Of a stretch of 64,000 bases of DNA, positions 7,801-16,297 are shown one piece after another. The DNA comes from a virus (taxonomy: Duplodnaviria > Caudoviricetes): positions 1 to 64,000 of IMG/VR virus record IMGVR_UViG_3300021255_000122. One strand, 5' to 3'. Position 1 is the stretch's first letter; every line of letters starts with the position of its first letter. Under the pieces are notes generated by a model. That model did no database searches. It was given only the letters and a program-made list of their open reading frames with translations, and was not told the DNA's origin. The translations under genes and the position numbers were made by a program.

Positions 7801-8640
7801 TTATAAATAATTGTTGTACATAAACGCTTTTTTAACTCTTTGAATGTAAGATGCAAGTTTTACCTGTAAGTCTCTACTATCCAAATCATCAAACACCCAT
7901 TTCGTAAACAACGTCGGGTCAATATCCCGATAATCGCGCATCATGCTTAAAACGCTTTGCCTATAACCTTCCTTTGTGGTGATGCCTGACCAATCCCAAT
8001 CGTTAGGATTTTCCGCGCTTGTAGCCAACGGAAATACGTTTCTAAGCACTTTAATAAACACCTGTACGTCCTTGCTTTCAATGTTACGTAGGTTTTTCGT
8101 AATACCTCTTTTCATACTTTCTTCTTTCTTTTGCTCGTTTGATTTTCTTTTATATGATTCAAGCCAAGCATCGGACGCACCACCAAGTTTGACACCCTGC
8201 TGTTTTTTAACTTGTAATGCGCTCAATGTTCTTTCTTGAATTAGTTGTTTTTCAAGTTGTGCTGCGAACGAAAAGTTATTTAATATAAGTTCATCTATGG
8301 CAGTAAGTTTGTCACATCTCAAATCAATTCCCATTGAAACAACAACAAGACGAAGTTTTCTGGGTTTTAATTCGTTATGTATAAGAAGATTGAGGTCAAA
8401 CATTGAACGGCCTAAACGACTAATTTCAGAGACTATAATCATATCGCCTTCTTTTGTTTTTGGCAAAAGTTTTTTACCAAGGTTTCTTTCGGCGTAACTA
8501 ACACCTCCACTTACACCTTCATCTGAAATGATTTCATCCACTTTCATATCGTGAGATTTTAACCATTCGTATGCTGTGCGTTCTTGCTGTTCTGTACTTT
8601 GCTGGTCGGTACTAACACGACTATAAAGATAAACTTTCAT
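7801..8640 (-). CDS. small serine site-specific recombinase (resolvase/invertase family) with C-terminal extension
   Basis: N-terminal YSRVSTDQQ (catalytic Ser), SEISRLGRS, EKQLIQERT; start at MKVYLY 8640. Confidence 0.9.
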   Translation of the reverse strand: MKVYLYSRVSTDQQSTEQQERTAYEWLKSHDMKVDEIISDEGVSGGVSYAERNLGKKLLPKTKEGDMIIVSEISRLGRSMFDLNLLIHNELKPRKLRLVVVSMGIDLRCDKLTAIDELILNNFSFAAQLEKQLIQERTLSALQVKKQQGVKLGGASDAWLESYKRKSNEQKKEESMKRGITKNLRNIESKDVQVFIKVLRNVFPLATSAENPNDWDWSGITTKEGYRQSVLSMMRDYRDIDPTLFTKWVFDDLDSRDLQVKLASYIQRVKKAFMYNNYL

Positions 8641-8656
8641 AATATAAATATATTTA

Positions 8657-8790
8657 TTAAACAAACTTCCAAATAAAACCTTTTGTTTTCTTTCTTTTTC
8701 CGTTACAACATTCACTCAATGATGCGGGGTTTATATCAAGCGTTTTGCAAGCGTCTGATGCGCTATTCCAAATGACGATTCCACTCTGTG
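8657..8790 (-). pseudogene. NUMOD1-type DNA-binding domain remnant
   Basis: WNSASDACKTLDINPASLSECCNGKRKKTKGFIWKF matches the NUMOD1 pattern; no convincing start. Confidence 0.45.
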
Positions 8791-8900
8791 AACTTTGCCA
8801 GCACACGTAACTGACGCTTTGCCGTGTCCTTACTACGAGTGATTGACAACGGCGCATGATACTCGTCGCGAATAACATAAAGATAATTACACTTTGCCAT
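8763..8900 (-). CDS. hypothetical protein, 45 aa (MAKCNYLYVIRDEY...)
   Basis: Read by hand; ATG follows a typical AT-rich leader. Confidence 0.4.
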   Translation of the reverse strand: MAKCNYLYVIRDEYHAPLSITRSKDTAKRQLRVLAKFTEWNRHLE

Positions 8901-9085
8901 AATAGATATAAGTTTAATTAATAATTTGTGGCGGTAGCCGTTTTCGCTACGGCTACAACGATTTTATTTATACCGCCTACCATGTACACGTCGGGCAAAT
9001 CATTTGCCGCCCATACGGAAAATATCACCCGTTAGAATCAATCCAAGAATCCCGATAAAAAGAAAAATAGTCATTTTTTTGCTCT

Positions 9086-9511
9086 TTAATTGTTGAAATA
9101 CTTTTTAACTTCATTCCATGTCCCGTTTACGACAGGGTCGCGGAAACTTACGCTTTCGTCATATAACCCCCAATGTGCATGGTCGCATCCATGAGAACCC
9201 TTTTCAAGATGCTGCACGCAGAACAACACGTCGCCCGTTTCAATATCGCAAATCGAAAACTGGTCGTATAGCGCGCCAACACACGGGCAATTGTTTTTAA
9301 AGAACACATACGTTTTCTCTTTGTCAAACCTTTTACTATCCATAATTGACAACACTTTCACTCCAAGGTTTTTCGTCTTGTTTGCAAGTGAAGAATCTTT
9401 GCAAAACCAATCGTGCCACCCTGCCTCAATCTGAACCTTTCTTGAAGGTGAACTAAAATCGCCGCGCATGAAACGCTCGGCGAAAGTTTTAATATTCATT
9501 TCCATAATCAT
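9086..9511 (-). CDS. conserved-looking phage hypothetical protein (IEAGWHDWFC...FFKNNCP..LYD)
   Basis: ORF; motif pattern recalled from phage/ICE proteins. Confidence 0.7.
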   Translation of the reverse strand: MIMEMNIKTFAERFMRGDFSSPSRKVQIEAGWHDWFCKDSSLANKTKNLGVKVLSIMDSKRFDKEKTYVFFKNNCPCVGALYDQFSICDIETGDVLFCVQHLEKGSHGCDHAHWGLYDESVSFRDPVVNGTWNEVKKYFNN

Positions 9512-9550
9512 TTAAGTTTAATTGTTAATTCGTTCCAATCATTCGTAAAG

Positions 9551-9748
9551 TTAATCCCAAATCGTCATGTCTTCGTCAAGATATTCGTAAACATGAAGCA
9601 CCGTGTCGGCAATATCTTCAGTAAAGCCAACTATCCCTTCATGGGTTAGCCAAGCGTTAATCAAGTCATACTCGTCCATTGATTCGACTTTTTCTCTATC
9701 ATATTCGGCCTCGTCAACCAAATAGTTTTTTAATTCTTCTTTTGTCAT
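9551..9748 (-). CDS. small acidic protein (start MTKEELK)
   Basis: ORF with ATAGGAGA-N7-ATG leader. Confidence 0.65.
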   Translation of the reverse strand: MTKEELKNYLVDEAEYDREKVESMDEYDLINAWLTHEGIVGFTEDIADTVLHVYEYLDEDMTIWD

Positions 9749-9752
9749 AATA

Positions 9753-9905
9753 TTATCTCCTATTTGTTTGTTTACTAATTGTTTTGTATGCCTCGTCGTA
9801 GGTTTCAAATGCCGTAGTATCACGGCACTCCCACGCTTTTGCGCCAAGCGCAATCAATACCGCCTGACGCTGCTTTTCCGTCAATGTTATTTGATACGTT
9901 TTCAT
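9753..9905 (-). CDS. hypothetical protein, 50 aa (MKTYQITLTEK...)
   Basis: Read by hand; fills the gap. Confidence 0.5.
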   Translation of the reverse strand: MKTYQITLTEKQRQAVLIALGAKAWECRDTTAFETYDEAYKTISKQTNRR

Positions 9906-9925
9906 AATTACATGTTTTTTGATTG

Positions 9926-10078
9926 TTAGTAACTAAGCCGCTGGCCGTTTGAAATAATATCCTGTACTTCGTCCTCGGTTGCATCAATCGGCTCGAGGTC
10001 GTCATCAAGATAAACAACATAACCGAACAATACGGGCAAAATATCTATTTTGTGCCCGTTGAATAAATACGCTCCCAT
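9926..10078 (-). CDS. hypothetical protein, 50 aa (MGAYLFNGHK...)
   Basis: Read by hand; AT-rich leader. Confidence 0.5.
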   Translation of the reverse strand: MGAYLFNGHKIDILPVLFGYVVYLDDDLEPIDATEDEVQDIISNGQRLSY

Positions 10079-10104
10079 ATTATTTATTTATATATAATTT
10101 TTGT

Positions 10105-10353
10105 TTAGCAACAATAATGTTCTTTGCGCCATTTGTCAAACTCTCTCAAAGATAGAATCTTTTGCCCGTTGCACTTTGTGCCTCGTGGATAGTTCTTCGA
10201 GTAGTCGTAACAAGAAGACAAGAAACGAAGAAAACCTCCTGCATACATTCTTTGTCTTATTTCGCCCTCGCTTGCTCTAACATAGATAGTTTCTTCAAAT
10301 TTAGGTGGGAGGACGTTCTCACTGACCATAAAGATATATTTTTCCATAATCAT
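10105..10353 (-). CDS. hypothetical protein
   Basis: ORF with AT-rich leader. Confidence 0.6.
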   Translation of the reverse strand: MIMEKYIFMVSENVLPPKFEETIYVRASEGEIRQRMYAGGFLRFLSSCYDYSKNYPRGTKCNGQKILSLREFDKWRKEHYCC

Positions 10354-10413
10354 AACAAATAACTTTATTATTTATTTCTATTAATTAATATTACACACAT
10401 GCGCGCACGCGAA

Positions 10414-10614
10414 TTAGAGACAATCGAAACGCGACAGGATTTTCAAATTAGCCACATAGAAACGCCGCCACACGTTCGGGAATCGTTTGCCGTGTAGGTA
10501 TAGGGCAAACCACCAAACAAGCGAACACACGCAAGAAAAACCACCGCCAAGCGAAAGGATAACGCCCACCAACAAAGCAAGCGAACAAAACAAACAATAA
10601 ATAATATTTTTCAT
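10414..10614 (-). CDS. small membrane protein
   Basis: Two hydrophobic segments and a basic tail. Confidence 0.6.
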   Translation of the reverse strand: MKNIIYCLFCSLALLVGVILSLGGGFSCVCSLVWWFALYLHGKRFPNVWRRFYVANLKILSRFDCL

Positions 10615-10736
10615 ATCTTCTTTTTTTTGTGATTAATTACTGGATAACTTTCTACAATAAGCGGAGGCGGTCACGTAATCACCGCTCGCCTCCGCCGTTA
10701 TAATTGCATCATAAAGCGCAAAGATTTCTTCTTGTT

Positions 10737-11030
10737 TCATAACACTTGCTCTTTAATCCACTTTCGCGTCTCTTTCAAAATCTCCTGAAAGTCAACAGAA
10801 GAATGCAAGATTAAACCTTCACAAAATGCGCCCTGTTGGTCGTTGCGTTCCGTGTGGTACATCATACGAACATCCCACTCTGGACGGTCTAAGCAATACA
10901 ACTCTATCGGGGTGACGTTCTTTTCTGCATCGTAACAATGCAGCCTCCAATCACAATCTACAGCAGCGTCAAAGCGCAGCCCCTTCACTTTGTATTGTAT
11001 GTTAACAATACGACTCGCCTTCGTTCTCAT
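10737..11030 (-). CDS. hypothetical protein
   Basis: ORF with AT-rich leader. Confidence 0.65.
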   Translation of the reverse strand: MRTKASRIVNIQYKVKGLRFDAAVDCDWRLHCYDAEKNVTPIELYCLDRPEWDVRMMYHTERNDQQGAFCEGLILHSSVDFQEILKETRKWIKEQVL

Positions 11031-11044
11031 AATATATTTAAAAA

Positions 11045-11491
11045 TTAGATTTCAATTTTGCCCCACCAGCCACTATCGGAAACCTCGGGGTCTTCCATAC
11101 GGCTTGCACACTGCCAAAAGAAAGAGGCTACCCACGTATTCATCTCACGGTTTTCAATCTGGTATAAGACGGAGTGAAAAAACTCGGTGAGCGCGTTGCG
11201 AAGTTCATTGCGATTCATCGGCACATTTCCAAAACCGTCAACCGCCCAAATAGCCGCGCCTTTCTTGCGATATTCCTCAAACGTACTATCATACGTCAAC
11301 TCGTCTTTATACGGCTCGTCGTCGTGATACTGCTCGGCAACCGAAAGCGCGTTAAACTCAAATACCTGCATGAAGTTTTTGCGCACGTTTTCGAGAAAAT
11401 AACGAAACTTGTGCGGCTTACTTTCTTCAATTCCATACAGAAGGCCTGCGGCCTTCACAAACTCGATTTTATCAACAACAAAACTTGACAT
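11045..11491 (-). CDS. hypothetical protein
   Basis: ORF with AT-rich leader. Confidence 0.7.
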   Translation of the reverse strand: MSSFVVDKIEFVKAAGLLYGIEESKPHKFRYFLENVRKNFMQVFEFNALSVAEQYHDDEPYKDELTYDSTFEEYRKKGAAIWAVDGFGNVPMNRNELRNALTEFFHSVLYQIENREMNTWVASFFWQCASRMEDPEVSDSGWWGKIEI

Positions 11492-11623
11492 GATATAAAA
11501 AATTTAAGTATAACAATATTTATTTTAATTCTAACGGCTTTTATTTTCCCTACCTAATAAAGTGACCGCCGACGCATATAAAACGCGCCAACGGCCACAA
11601 AATCAAAAGATAGGAAAATATTA

Positions 11624-12088
11624 TTAATCGAGATATTCGTACATGTATGCCGTTTTCTCTTCGTCCTCGGCATAGTAGTCGTACATAAGGTCTCTAACCT
11701 GTTCGTACATGAAAGACCATAACCGTGTCCAATTTTCATTTTTTCGGGCATCATGCTCCCACGCCTTCCAATTGCAACAAAGCACAAACTCGGCCATGTA
11801 TTCCTCGTCGTCTTTCCAAGAGGACACGGCATTTTTAACCGTATCGAGAACGCCATTAAAACCAAACCACTCACCAGTCGACAGGTCGCTCATAAATGTG
11901 GTCTTTCGTTTCTTGCCACATTCGGCCAAATTGCGCTCCATGCACCGCTCTGAGGTTGCGGCATATTGGAACATATTAACGGGCGTACCCATCCAATTAT
12001 TAACGGCTTCAAACTTTGTGCCGACAAACTCTTCTTTTGCCGTGCTGATGATTTCACGCAAACGGCTCGCAAATTCTTTCTTTTCCAT
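11624..12088 (-). CDS. hypothetical protein
   Basis: ORF with AT-rich leader, followed by a GC hairpin. Confidence 0.7.
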   Translation of the reverse strand: MEKKEFASRLREIISTAKEEFVGTKFEAVNNWMGTPVNMFQYAATSERCMERNLAECGKKRKTTFMSDLSTGEWFGFNGVLDTVKNAVSSWKDDEEYMAEFVLCCNWKAWEHDARKNENWTRLWSFMYEQVRDLMYDYYAEDEEKTAYMYEYLD

Positions 12089-12290
12089 AATAATATAAAG
12101 TAAAAGTATATAATTATAAAACCAAAACTAAAACAAGAGGCCGACGTTTTGAACGTGTGAAAACGCAAAACGCTCAGCCCGTTCTATAATACGGCGCGAG
12201 CCGTACCCGTGCAAATAAAGTGCGTAAATTCGCTCCATTTGCGTCGCTATTTGTTTAAACGTCTTCATACCTTTGTCCTCCCCGTTTGCT

Positions 12291-12461
12291 TTATTTATAA
12301 AACCACTGGCCGCTCATATCGTCGGCAAATGCACCGCCGAAAGAAATAACACCTAAAGCGTTACACAGCCGCAAGAATAAACACACATTCTCGAAACGCA
12401 CAAAGGTCTGCCCCTTTGCGTCTAACTCCTTGACCTTTTCAATAACATTTAATTTTTTCAT
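12291..12461 (-). CDS. hypothetical protein, 56 aa (MKKLNVIEKVKELD...)
   Basis: Read by hand; ATAGGAGA-N7-ATG leader. Confidence 0.55.
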   Translation of the reverse strand: MKKLNVIEKVKELDAKGQTFVRFENVCLFLRLCNALGVISFGGAFADDMSGQWFYK

Positions 12462-12508
12462 AACTTTGTCTCCTATCTTTAAATTGAAAATAAACCGCTT
12501 TTTCTTTT

Positions 12509-12576
12509 GTGTACGCCCTTAAATATATCTTTGTGGGTAAGTACAAAGGTACACAAATAAAACGCGCTTAAAACGC
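12509..12576. repeat. dispersed ~70-bp imperfect palindrome, copy 2
   Basis: ...ttgtgggtaagtacaaaggtacacaaataaaacgcgcttaaaacgc; closest to the copy at 59812. Confidence 0.8.
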
Positions 12577-12658
12577 TTTAAAATATGTTTGTGGGTGCAA
12601 AGGGCTCGCCCCTTTGTGCCGTGTCTTGAAACACGCCAACACCCAAAAGGGGAGGCCG

Positions 12659-13495
12659 TTATCGTTTGGCCTCGCCCGTTATGCTCTTTAATACCTCCTC
12701 CGTTGTTTTGTCACGTATTTCGTAAAAGTCAAGAATCACCGCGTTTTTGATTTTCAACGCTTCGCAAATTTCCGCCCTTTGTTCTTTTGTCGTCACTGGG
12801 CTTCCGAAGCCGCTTGAAAAAACGTCGCTCAGCCCTTCCGTTATGCCGATAAATTTAAAAAAATGCCGACGTACCCACGAAGGGTTGACGGTGGGATAAA
12901 TAACACGCAAAACGTCTAAAGCGTTTCTGCTGTCCTTAATCTTAACAACCGCCGCCGCCGTTTGTTTGTCACTTTTGCGACGTGAGCCTGCGTTAACTGT
13001 TGAAATAATTGAGGTGTACAAATTAACACGCGTACCGCTCGCCTCGAGCATCATTATTGCGCTCAACACCTTTGCACAAACACGAATGCTTTCCTCTGTT
13101 TTTACGGAATAGTCAAAACCTCCGTTAAATAAGATATTGACTACCTTTGCCCGCGTTTTAACGTACCGCTGTGCTATCATGCTATTTGGAGCACCTGCGA
13201 GATAGACTGGCACATTCGGCGCAAAACCTACGACACTCGAAAAGGTCTGCCGACGTTGTATAAATTTATGAATGTTTGCGCGTGTTTTTTTAACGCCTTC
13301 GTTCTCCACGGCGTCGAGCAAATCTTTGTCGCCGAAAAGCATTTTATTTTGCGCCTCGTCAAAATTTTGTGTACCCGTCCACGAAGAGCCTTCTTTTTCC
13401 CAACTATTTTTGTTAAATGCTGGCTGCACCTTGCCGTTTTCGAGATACGTGTTAAATTCACGGATGCTCTCGAATCGTTTATAAATATTCTCCAT
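12659..13495 (-). CDS. vWA-like partner of the adjacent AAA ATPase
   Basis: GFAPNVPVYLAGAPNSM, then alternating beta/alpha (VVNILFN, LEASGTRVNLY, VKIKDS); directly downstream of the AAA gene. Confidence 0.6.
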   Translation of the reverse strand: MENIYKRFESIREFNTYLENGKVQPAFNKNSWEKEGSSWTGTQNFDEAQNKMLFGDKDLLDAVENEGVKKTRANIHKFIQRRQTFSSVVGFAPNVPVYLAGAPNSMIAQRYVKTRAKVVNILFNGGFDYSVKTEESIRVCAKVLSAIMMLEASGTRVNLYTSIISTVNAGSRRKSDKQTAAAVVKIKDSRNALDVLRVIYPTVNPSWVRRHFFKFIGITEGLSDVFSSGFGSPVTTKEQRAEICEALKIKNAVILDFYEIRDKTTEEVLKSITGEAKR

Positions 13496-13515
13496 TTTAA
13501 CCGTGTTTATTTTGT

Positions 13516-13583
13516 TTGTATTGCGTTTTATTGTGGACGGTGGTACATTTGCCCACCGCCCTAAAAATCACCGCTTAAAACGC
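13516..13583. repeat. dispersed ~70-bp imperfect palindrome, copy 3
   Basis: Right arm ccgcttaaaacgc contains the AAA gene stop; minus-strand core gtgggcaaatgtaccac. Confidence 0.75.
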
Positions 13584-14852
13584 TTTTTTCATGGCTTTAG
13601 CCCAAGCATTTTCCTTATTCTTGAGTGCGCCGTAAATCTCGCGAATTTCGTCCTTTTCAAGACCTTTGCAAACACTCTCCACAATGCAAGCCTCTTTGTC
13701 GTTTTCGTTTTCCACTTCGTCGCGCATGGCTGCTGTAGCGCGATAAGACACTACCTGCTGAATGCCTGTGCTCTTTATTGCTTCGCGAATATCTTCGACA
13801 AAAGCAACAATTTCCTCATTACCCCCTGCAATTTTCAACTCGACTTCATGGCTGTAATCAACCTCGAAGAAAAAACCGAAACGGTCCCGGCTGCTTGCGT
13901 CAATAATCTGACCCGTCACATATTCCTCGTCAGCACCTTTCATTAAAGTGTTTCCTGCGGCCATAAAGCGGAAATTCGGATGAGCGTTAACACGGCCAAC
14001 AATAGGGAAATCGTACCAGCCGTTAGCAAGAGCCGAATTAAGAACAATAGCGGCTTCACTGTTGCTGCGGTCGTATTCATCCTGAAAGTACAGGCCGCCA
14101 TTTGCAAACGCTTTAAAAAACGGCGTTTCCTGAAAATTGCCGCCAGCGTCACCATATCCGCGTACGTCGTGCGCAAATTGTATTGTGGTCTGTCCGTAAA
14201 AATCAAGACCCAGCCGCTCGGCTACCTGTTCTGCCGTGTGGCTCTTACCACTACCAGCACGACCAAACAAATACACGTTATTACCGCGTGCGACCTTTGC
14301 CACAATACGCTCGAACTTTTCACAATAAACCTCGCCTTCTTTTTTCGCGTTTTGGCGTGCTTTCTTGACAACTGCGGAGAACTTCTTTGGGTCATCCTTT
14401 GCCATGCGGTTGAGGACGTTGCAAACAATCTCCTCAACCTTTGCGGCATCCACTGCACCTCCGCGCAGATTCTTAATGGCATTAATTAACGCCTGTTCGT
14501 CCTTTGTGCTTTCGTCGGTGGTATGCACATTTTCTGGCTTGTGTGCATTTTCGGCACATGGTTCTTCTTTCACCTCCACGGCCTCGGCCTCGGCTTTTTC
14601 CGTCGGCTGAGGCTGCGGTTTTTCGGCCTTCTTGCGAGGAGCACGCTCTTTCGTTAAGATAGTCCACTCGTTAGAGAGTGTAAATACCTGCTCACCGTTC
14701 TCGTCCTTTGACTCGTTCAAAATACCGCTCCATGAGTTTGCGAACCTCTTGCCGAGAGGCTTTCCCGTGTTGCTTTTAACAAGACCTCCCTCTACCTTTG
14801 TGTTGCTAACTGCCTTGACCTCACCTGTTGTCAAATTCTTAATCTTAATCAT
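13575..14852 (-). CDS. MoxR/CbbQ/NorQ-type AAA+ ATPase with low-complexity N-terminal region
   Basis: Walker A GRAGSGKS, Walker B YFQDEYD, LNSAL, HPNFRFMAAGN, D.SSRDRF. Confidence 0.88.
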   Translation of the reverse strand: MIKIKNLTTGEVKAVSNTKVEGGLVKSNTGKPLGKRFANSWSGILNESKDENGEQVFTLSNEWTILTKERAPRKKAEKPQPQPTEKAEAEAVEVKEEPCAENAHKPENVHTTDESTKDEQALINAIKNLRGGAVDAAKVEEIVCNVLNRMAKDDPKKFSAVVKKARQNAKKEGEVYCEKFERIVAKVARGNNVYLFGRAGSGKSHTAEQVAERLGLDFYGQTTIQFAHDVRGYGDAGGNFQETPFFKAFANGGLYFQDEYDRSNSEAAIVLNSALANGWYDFPIVGRVNAHPNFRFMAAGNTLMKGADEEYVTGQIIDASSRDRFGFFFEVDYSHEVELKIAGGNEEIVAFVEDIREAIKSTGIQQVVSYRATAAMRDEVENENDKEACIVESVCKGLEKDEIREIYGALKNKENAWAKAMKKAF

Positions 14853-14960
14853 AACTTAATCTCCTATCTTTTAAATTAAACAATTAATAAATAAATAAAA
14901 ATTGCACCCCGTCCGCTGTGCAAGAGCGGTGCATTGCTTAACTCACGGGGTGTTGAAAGT

Positions 14961-15221
14961 TTAAACGACGTTGTACCAGCTATATTTGTCGAAATTGCCA
15001 GCTTTATAGTCAACACCTAAAGCGCGCAAACGGCTCTTTGTGGTCTGTGTCGGCCAACCTGCAAACGTCCAATACTTAACTCAGTCTATAATGCGAAAAA
15101 TGGCATTATTGTGGAGGTACACCGTCAATTCGCCGTTAAAGGTTTCTACTCGCGTGTTCCCGTTCGCCAAATTTTTGCGATTTTTTACGGCCTCGCACAT
15201 GGCTTCCTCAATCTTTCTCAT
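14961..15221 (-). pseudogene. phage gene interrupted by an in-frame TGA at 15081-15083
   Basis: MRKIEEAM...FRIID*VKYWTFAGWPTQTTKSRLRALG...; frame continues 39 codons to a TAA. Confidence 0.65.
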
Positions 15222-15261
15222 AGTTGTAAAATTTAAATAAATGAATAAATAAAAATATAAA

Positions 15262-15306
15262 AAATTTGTGGACGTGTGCAAAACCGCCTCGCACAAATAA
15301 AACGCT
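15262..15306. repeat. partial copy of the dispersed palindrome
   Basis: tttgtggacg...cacaaataaaacgc shares arm and core words with copies 2 and 3. Confidence 0.45.
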
Positions 15307-15406
15307 ATTTTCTTGCATGTATCATAAATAAAGATTCTGCCGTTTTGTCGTGTATCTTTGTTTTGCAACCGCCGCGGCTCTGTTCCCAGTGCTTCCGTTT
15401 TGGTTG

Positions 15407-15414
15407 CAAAGATA
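15407..15414 (-). promoter_or_regulatory. Bacteroidota -7 promoter element TATCTTTG
   Basis: caaagata on plus; upstream of the leftward accessory genes; -33 element not clear. Confidence 0.6.
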
Positions 15415-15539
15415 CGAAAACGTGAGGTCTTCGCGTGTATGTGATATTTTGCAATTAAATCCGTTTTCCGTCCTCCGTTCTGCTTTCGTTTATACATTTA
15501 AGCGGATACGAAAAAATGTAAATTAGTCTATTATCTAAA

Positions 15540-15866
15540 AAAATTAGTCGGCTGGTTGCTGCCTGTAGGCCGTTGCTGCTCACTCGCCCCACCGTTAGGT
15601 GGTTTTAACGCCGCATAATATAAAGCGTTGCGAGGCCGAGAAAATCTGGCTTTTGTGTTTGTTTACAATTCCCTGTTAAGGTTCACGACCTACGTCGGCG
15701 GCATGTAAGTACTGCAAAAGCGGTTCTGCTCGATTTGCATTCCCTTCGGGTATCATGCTCCGCGCATATCCCGTTGGCAATTTAAGACCTCCCTGAAAAA
15801 CTAATTCCATGTACTCGCTTGCTTGAGGGTGATGCTTGCGACCCTGTGGGGTGATTTCTTAAATCT
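15540..15866 (-). ncRNA. candidate ~330-nt structured non-coding RNA
   Basis: Follows the -7 element at 15871-15878; GC-rich island in AT-rich surroundings; many nested stems; no ORF of 60 aa or more. Confidence 0.6.
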
Positions 15867-15870
15867 GATG

Positions 15871-15878
15871 CAAAGATA
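15871..15878 (-). promoter_or_regulatory. Bacteroidota -7 promoter element TATCTTTG
   Basis: caaagata on plus. Confidence 0.65.
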
Positions 15879-16139
15879 ATGCATTATTTTTATAGTTGTT
15901 TATTTTCTTAACACTTTTAACTAAAACATATATGTATTTAATATTTGTAAACAAATAAGCGGTTTAAATGTGAAAATATCTTTAATATTGCACGTACACG
16001 GGAATATATTGCACATTTTCCGCTTTTTGTGCATTTTTTCCATTTGGCCGTGAATTTATGCGTTATTTGCAATAATGTACACGATACGCGCACGCATATT
16101 ATAACTTTCGAATTATCCGATTTAAGCCCGTTTTCCTTT

Positions 16140-16214
16140 CGCGTGTTGCGTTTATTTGTGGCAAATGTATAATTTATCCACTAATAAATAAATCTCCGTT
16201 TTGTGTACGTACAC
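16140..16214. repeat. dispersed palindrome, copy 4 (inverted partner of 16807-16880)
   Basis: cgcgtgttgcgttta...gtggcaaatgtataatttatccac...ttgtgtacgtacac. Confidence 0.75.
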
Positions 16215-16243
16215 AGTGCAAATTCCAGTTAGTGCATGGACAC

Positions 16244-16274
16244 AAAAAAAGCGTACCTAAAAAGATACGCTTTT
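16244..16274. terminator. bidirectional intrinsic terminator
   Basis: aaaagcgta/tacgctttt stem with A and T runs. Confidence 0.7.
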
Positions 16275-16297
16275 GATACTATGGAAAAAATGTAATA

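Noticed and set aside
7801-8640. Prophage integrase with att sites
   Set aside because: Too short for a large serine integrase, no tyrosine integrase seen, and no host-phage junction in the window.
13228-14859. Many opposite-strand and alternate-frame ORFs over the AAA/vWA, capsid, tape measure and 56.4 kb genes
   Set aside because: Shadow ORFs caused by codon bias of the real genes; no leaders or motifs.
15222-15497. N-terminal extension of ORF 15081-15497
   Set aside because: It spans a promoter and a palindrome remnant; the real start with an AT-rich leader is at 15221.
16157-16182. XerCD dif-like site (central TGTATA)
   Set aside because: The arms do not match XerC/XerD consensus; it is better explained as a member of the palindrome family.
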